Shown here in pieces: positions 59,112 to 64,000 of a stretch of DNA of 64,000 bases. Position numbers and translations under genes: made by a program. The number at the start of each line of letters is the position of its first letter. The first letter of the stretch is position 1. Source of the DNA: Planctomycetota bacterium (GTDB lineage: Bacteria; Planctomycetota; JAJSAM01; JAJVHW01); assembly GCA_965248445.1 (NCBI GenBank), contig CBDFJG010000003.1, positions 1,312,001 to 1,376,000 on the forward strand, read 5' to 3'. A model generated the notes under the pieces. That model saw only the letters and a list, made by a program, of their open reading frames with translations. It made no database searches and was not told the DNA's origin.

Positions 59112-60326
59112 TCAGCCTATCCCGCCCGACCCCGCGCCCGGAAGCGCCGACCACGGGAGCACGGCGTGGAGGCCGGGATCGCCCTCGGCGCCCCACCGTG
59201 CGACCCAGGCGCGTAACCATCCCTCGGGATCCTGTTCGGGACGCGGGCCGTCGTGATCGCGGACGCGCAGGACACCGGGACGATCGCCGAGCCGGCTGAG
59301 CCGGCCTTCGGAGGCGCCCTGCAAGAGTGCGAACCGTCCGATCGTCGCGCGGTGGAACGCCTCGACCGCTGTGAGCTCGGCGTGCCCCCGGTGTATCTCC
59401 AGCGCGGCGGCGATGACGTCGAGCAGACAGGGTTCGCTCGCCGCGCCGACGTCGCTGCCGAGCACCCAGCGCACGCCCGCGCGCCGCAGCCGCTCGAGGG
59501 GCATGCGTCCGGAGCCCAGAGCCACATTGCTCGTCGGACAGTGCACGGCGATCGCGCTGCGGCGAGCGATGCGGTCTAGCTCATCGTCGCTGACGTGGAT
59601 GACGTGTCCGAGAAGTGTGCGGGGACCGACCAGCCCAGCGCGTTCGTACACGCTCGTGTAGTCGGGTGCGTCCGGGAACCGGCTGGCGACGACCTCGCAC
59701 TCGCGCTCCGTCTCGGCCAGATGGGTCTGCACGACGAGGTCCCTGCGCGCGGCGAGTGTGCCGAGGGCGGCGAGCGTTGGTTCCCCGCACGAGATCGCGA
59801 AGCGCGGTGTCACGACAACGCGGCGGCCGTGCACGTCGGCCGACGCCGCGATCTCGTCCAGCGCATCCTCCGGCGGTCTGCGCAGGGACGCCGGCGGGCC
59901 CGCGGTCATGACCGCCGCACCGCAGACGAACCCACCGGGCGCGGCATCGAGGAACGCGCGCACCGTCGCGTCGTGCGGGCTGCCGTACGCGGCTCCCGCC
60001 AGCGTCCCCGCCGCCCTGAGCGCCGACACGGCGCGCGGCGCGGCGTCGCGGGCGGCCCGCGGGTCCGCGAAGCGCTCCTCGGTCGGCCACGCGACCTGGG
60101 CCAGCCACTCCAGCAACGGACGGCCGGCCGCTGCGGGCATGCCGAGTTGCACCCAATGGAAGTGCCAGTCGGCGAACGCAGGCACCAGCACGCCATCCAC
60201 AGGATCCGGATCGCCGCGCACCGGTGCTCGTGGCGCTGCGAGCCCGGGCTCGACGACCGCGTCGGCGGACCCGTGCACCTCCGAGGGGGACAGCGGCCAG
60301 ACCACGGCACCACGGATCGCGCGCAT
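59112..60326 (-). CDS. Amidohydrolase, guanine deaminase-like
   Basis: PAFADWHFH, LLEWL, VTPRFAISC, QTHLAE, HCPTSNVALGSG, LGSDVGA. Confidence 0.85.
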   Translation of the reverse strand: MRAIRGAVVWPLSPSEVHGSADAVVEPGLAAPRAPVRGDPDPVDGVLVPAFADWHFHWVQLGMPAAAGRPLLEWLAQVAWPTEERFADPRAARDAAPRAVSALRAAGTLAGAAYGSPHDATVRAFLDAAPGGFVCGAAVMTAGPPASLRRPPEDALDEIAASADVHGRRVVVTPRFAISCGEPTLAALGTLAARRDLVVQTHLAETERECEVVASRFPDAPDYTSVYERAGLVGPRTLLGHVIHVSDDELDRIARRSAIAVHCPTSNVALGSGRMPLERLRRAGVRWVLGSDVGAASEPCLLDVIAAALEIHRGHAELTAVEAFHRATIGRFALLQGASEGRLSRLGDRPGVLRVRDHDGPRPEQDPEGWLRAWVARWGAEGDPGLHAVLPWSALPGAGSGGIG

Positions 60327-60484
60327 GCAGCCGTTGTATAGCGAATCGGGTCGTCCACACGAAGCGGAGGTACCCAAGCAGACGAGCGCTCGAGCGCCTC
60401 TGACCTCGCGCGCGGAAACCCTGACCTGCCGTGGCCCCGCGGATACGCTCAGGGTTTCGCGACAGGAATAGCCCGGAGAACCAC

Positions 60485-62764
60485 ATGGCACGCGAGATTC
60501 CCACTGTCGAACTGGCCCGCCGCGTGTACGAGTCCGCGGCTCTGCGTCACGAACGCGGACGCGCTCTGTTCGGCCGTTCGCTGACGCTCGCGGAGAAGGT
60601 GCTGGTCGCCCACCTGTGGGATCTCGAGGCGGTCGACGTCGCCCCGGTACGCAAGAAGACGACCTGCGACTTCCGGCCCGACCGAGTCGCCATGCAGGAT
60701 GCGACGGCGCAGATGGCCGTCCTCCAGTTCATGCGATCCGGGCGCACGGAAGTCGCCGTGCCGACCACCACGCACTGCGATCACCTGATCCAGGCGCGTC
60801 GTGGCGTGGACGCCGACATGGCGGAGGCGATGACGACGAACAGGGAGGTCTACGACTTCCTGCGGAGCGCATCGGCCAAGTACGGCATGGGCTTCTGGAA
60901 GCCCGGCGCCGGGATCATCCACCAGGTCGTGCTCGAGAACTACGCGTTCCCCGGCGGGATGATGATCGGGACGGACTCGCACACTCCGAACGCCGGCGGC
61001 CTCGGGATGGTCGCCATCGGGGTCGGCGGCGCCGATGCCGTCGACGTGATGGTCGGCGAGCCGTTCGGCCTGCTGTGGCCGGGCGTGATCGGCGTCCGCC
61101 TGACCGGCCGCCTGTCCGGCTGGTGCGCCCCGAAGGACGTGATCCTGAAGTTGATGGAGATCCTGACCGTCAAGGGTGGGACCAACCACATCGTGGAGTT
61201 CTTCGGGCCGGGGACCGCGTCGATCTCGGCCACGGGCAAGGGCACGGTTTGCAACATGGGCGCGGAGCACGGGGCGACGACGTCGCTCTTCCCGTACGAC
61301 GACCGCATGGCCACGTACCTGCGCGCAACGGATCGCGGGGACGTCGCGGATCTCGCCAACCAGTACAAGTCCGTGCTGACGGCCGACCCCGACTGCCACG
61401 TCGAGCCGGAGAAGTACTACGACCGCGTGATCGACATCGACCTTGGCTCGCTCGAGCCGATCGTCGTCGGTCCGCACACGCCGGATCTGGCGCGCAAGGT
61501 CTCCGACATGGATGACGCGGTGGCGGCCGAGGACTATCCCGCCGAAATCAGCTACGCGCTGATCGGCTCGTGCACGAACTCGTCGTACGAGGACATGGAA
61601 CGCGCCGCGTCGATCGCACGGCAAGCGGTCGAGAAGGGCCTCGAGGTTCGTGCACCGCTCCTCGTCACGCCGGGCTCCGACATGATCCAAGCGACGATCA
61701 AGCGCGACGGCCAGATGAAGGCGTTCGAGGACATGGGCGCCACCGTGCTCGCCAACGCCTGCGGACCGTGCATCGGTCAGTGGAAGCGGGACGACGACGC
61801 TGCCGGCACGCGCAATTCGATCGTCAGCAGCTACAACCGCAACTTCAAGAAGCGCAACGACGGCAACCCGACGACCCTCTCGTTCATCACGAGTCCCGAG
61901 GTGGTCGTCGCGTACGCGCTGTCCGGCCGCCTCGACTTCAACCCGCTGAGTGACACGCTGACGGCCAGGGACGGCAGCCAGGTGCTGCTGGATCCCCCCA
62001 CCGGCAACGAGCTTCCGAAGAACGGCTTCGAGAAAGGCCACGGCGGCTACCTCGCGCCGTCGGACGATCCCGACTCCGTCCTCGTCGAGATCGCGGCAGA
62101 CAGCAAGCGCATCCAGGAGCTCACGCCGTTCGCGCCGTGGGACGGTCAGGACCTGGATGGCATGCCCATCCTGGTCCAGGCCAAGGGCAAGTGCACGACG
62201 GACCACATTAGCCCAGCCGGGCCGTGGCTCCGCTTCCGCGGACACCTCGACAACATCAGCGACAACATGCTGATCGGCGCCGTGAACCGTTTCGGCGGCG
62301 ACCCGGGCACCGCCACGAACGTCGTCACGGGCGACCGCGGCGTCGGCGCGTCGAAGCTGGCGCGCTGGTACAAGGCCGAGGACATCGACTGGGTGATCAT
62401 CGCCGACGAGAACTACGGAGAGGGCTCGAGTCGCGAGCATGCCGCCATGGAGCCGCGCCACCTGGGCTGCCGCGCGGTGATCGTGCGGAGCTTCGCGCGC
62501 ATCGCGGAGTCGAATCTCAAGAAGCAGGGCGTCCTGCCGCTCGTGTTCACCGACCCGGCCGACTACGAGAAGGCGCGGGAGGACGACCGCGTCGCCGTGA
62601 CCGGACTGGCCGACCTGGCCCCGGGCAAGAGCGTCACGGTCGTGTTCCGCCACACGGACGGCAGCGAGGACGCGATCGAGGTCCGCCACACGATGACGGC
62701 GAAGCAGATCGAGTGGTTCAAGGCCGGCTCGGCGCTGAACCTGATCGCGGCGGGCCAGGCGTAG
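60485..62764 (+). CDS. acn: Aconitate hydratase (mitochondrial-type)
   Basis: RPDRVAMQDATAQMA, HCDHLI, GTDSHTPN, IGSCTNSSYED, NACGPCIGQW, CTTDHISPAG, NYGEGSSREHAA. Confidence 0.97.
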   Translation: MAREIPTVELARRVYESAALRHERGRALFGRSLTLAEKVLVAHLWDLEAVDVAPVRKKTTCDFRPDRVAMQDATAQMAVLQFMRSGRTEVAVPTTTHCDHLIQARRGVDADMAEAMTTNREVYDFLRSASAKYGMGFWKPGAGIIHQVVLENYAFPGGMMIGTDSHTPNAGGLGMVAIGVGGADAVDVMVGEPFGLLWPGVIGVRLTGRLSGWCAPKDVILKLMEILTVKGGTNHIVEFFGPGTASISATGKGTVCNMGAEHGATTSLFPYDDRMATYLRATDRGDVADLANQYKSVLTADPDCHVEPEKYYDRVIDIDLGSLEPIVVGPHTPDLARKVSDMDDAVAAEDYPAEISYALIGSCTNSSYEDMERAASIARQAVEKGLEVRAPLLVTPGSDMIQATIKRDGQMKAFEDMGATVLANACGPCIGQWKRDDDAAGTRNSIVSSYNRNFKKRNDGNPTTLSFITSPEVVVAYALSGRLDFNPLSDTLTARDGSQVLLDPPTGNELPKNGFEKGHGGYLAPSDDPDSVLVEIAADSKRIQELTPFAPWDGQDLDGMPILVQAKGKCTTDHISPAGPWLRFRGHLDNISDNMLIGAVNRFGGDPGTATNVVTGDRGVGASKLARWYKAEDIDWVIIADENYGEGSSREHAAMEPRHLGCRAVIVRSFARIAESNLKKQGVLPLVFTDPADYEKAREDDRVAVTGLADLAPGKSVTVVFRHTDGSEDAIEVRHTMTAKQIEWFKAGSALNLIAAGQA

Positions 62765-62775
62765 CCCCGTGCCGC

Positions 62776-62802
62776 TGCAGACGCCGTTGTTCACGGCGTC
62801 TG
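62776..62802 (+). terminator. Stem-loop after the aconitase (possible terminator, no U-tract)
   Basis: GCAGACGCCG-TTGTTCA-CGGCGTCTGC; a second inverted repeat ACTCGGGTCGCGG/CCGCGACCCGAGT lies at about 62826-62889. Confidence 0.5.
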
Positions 62803-62941
62803 CCCCCTCGTCCGCTGACACGCGGACTCGGGTCGCGGTTGTTCGGACGGACCCGCCCGGCATGCCGCATCGCCGCCCGCGACCCGAGTTACTGAGCGAG
62901 TGACATCGTGGCCGACGCGCGTCTTCGTGGCGGGCCCGTCC

Positions 62942-63475
62942 TCACCCCTTCGTCACGTCCCACACCTCGGCGCCGAAGTGGTCCCAGGGCAGGCGGCCCT
63001 CGTCGCAGGACCCCGGCGCCGGGTCGAATTGGCGGTCCACGAAGTAGATGAGCTGCCCGCGGTCGCTGCGCAGGTTGCGGACCCCGTGGGCCACACCCGG
63101 CGGGATACGCAGGAGCAGCGAGTTCGCGTCGCCGAGCACGAAGCGCCGGAGCACCCCCTCGCTGGCCGACCCCTCCCGGACGTCCGCCAGCACGACAAGC
63201 ATCTTGGAGGCCGGGGGGACATACCAGACGTCCGTCTGCCCCAGGTGAACGTGATAGGCCTTGATCGCCGCGGGCTCCAACTCGCTGAAGTTGATCTGCG
63301 CCGTGGAGAACCCCGGTAGATCGGCGTGGACTCCTGAGGAGAGCCGCCCGAGCTCCGTCATCGAGCCCCCGTCGTCGTTGAATCGACGGAGGCGAACGAT
63401 CTCGACCCCCTCGATGTCCGGAGCGGCTTCGTAACTCTGGACGGAGAAGGCGGATCGGGCTCGCTCGTTCAGCAT
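62942..63475 (-). CDS. rfbC: dTDP-4-dehydrorhamnose 3,5-epimerase family protein
   Basis: IEGVEI..DDGGSMTE, KAYHVH..QTD, LLRIPPGVAHG. Confidence 0.85.
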   Translation of the reverse strand: MLNERARSAFSVQSYEAAPDIEGVEIVRLRRFNDDGGSMTELGRLSSGVHADLPGFSTAQINFSELEPAAIKAYHVHLGQTDVWYVPPASKMLVVLADVREGSASEGVLRRFVLGDANSLLLRIPPGVAHGVRNLRSDRGQLIYFVDRQFDPAPGSCDEGRLPWDHFGAEVWDVTKG

Positions 63476-63738
63476 TTCGGCTCCCTGGAGCCTGGCGGAG
63501 GCTCCATCAGCCTCTATTCAACCGGGCCAGGCGGACAGGTGAAAGAGGCTGCCGGGGGCCCGCTGACCGTCCCGTGACCCCGCGTGTGGAAAAAGAGGGA
63601 CCAAGCGGAGGCTTCTGAGCGTCCTAAGGGGGTGGAAGGCGTGCGCGGGCCGAGGGTGGCCCAGTCGGTGCGCTCGAGGAGAAGACCTCCTCCGGCGTCC
63701 GGGACCTGGCACGCCAGTAGACGAGAGAAGGGCACGAG

Positions 63739-63972
63739 ATGCCGAGAAAGCGCAAGCGAGAGCGTCAGCTGACGCACCAGGAAGACAAGTTCCTCCGCGG
63801 GACCTGGTGGAGGTGCCCGACACACGGGCTCAGCCAGGACCCCATCCACCTGGGCGGTAAGACCTACTGCCCGGCCGACGAATGCTCGGACGTCGCCGTC
63901 CTCGTGCACTCCACGCTCCAGGACCGCGCGGAGAACCGTCGCGGCTGGAACGACGTGGTCGTCAGCAAGTAG
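63739..63972 (+). CDS. Small hypothetical Cys/His-containing protein
   Basis: CPTH..CPADEC; the stop is embedded in a CAAGTAGTCGC/GCGACTACTTG hairpin. Confidence 0.5.
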   Translation: MPRKRKRERQLTHQEDKFLRGTWWRCPTHGLSQDPIHLGGKTYCPADECSDVAVLVHSTLQDRAENRRGWNDVVVSK

Positions 63973-64000
63973 TCGCTCCGCGACTACTTGGACCGACCAC

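Noticed and set aside
1..64000. CRISPR array, tRNA/rRNA, integrase, transposase or prophage genes
   Set aside because: I saw no regularly spaced repeats, cloverleaf or rRNA signatures, or recombinase or phage motifs. A short tRNA could be missed by eye.

Overview
A gene-dense, very GC-rich chromosomal segment. It probably comes from a Planctomycetota bacterium, inferred from a DUF1559-type prepilin, HEAT-repeat secreted proteins and a TIGR02999/ECF43-type sigma-kinase pair. About 48 CDS are supported. Housekeeping genes include plsY-gpsA, recQ, mqnB-mqnD, an aconitase, an rfbC-like epimerase, a MacB/LolCDE-type ABC transporter and a molybdopterin oxidoreductase operon. I found no rRNA, tRNA, CRISPR array, integrase or transposase. 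Three envelope-sensing modules stand out: (1) a ~1,890-aa multi-pass membrane sigma-54 activator with an outer carbohydrate-binding domain, next to a secretin operon carrying a candidate -24/-12 promoter; (2) an ECF sigma factor whose apparent anti-sigma domain is fused to a full alpha-2-macroglobulin with an intact GCFEQ thioester motif; (3) an ECF43-like sigma/Ser-Thr kinase pair beside two divergent secreted proteins that share a back-to-back 29-bp motif, one of them possibly a beta-pore former. Non-coding structure includes a ~215-bp direct repeat that duplicated a convergent gene overlap around a GyrI-like gene, a two-copy structured repeat with a compensatory base change, GTAG-type REPs, a 282-bp element with terminal inverted repeats, and widespread leaderless-type promoters. 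All calls were made by eye from motifs; no database searches were run.
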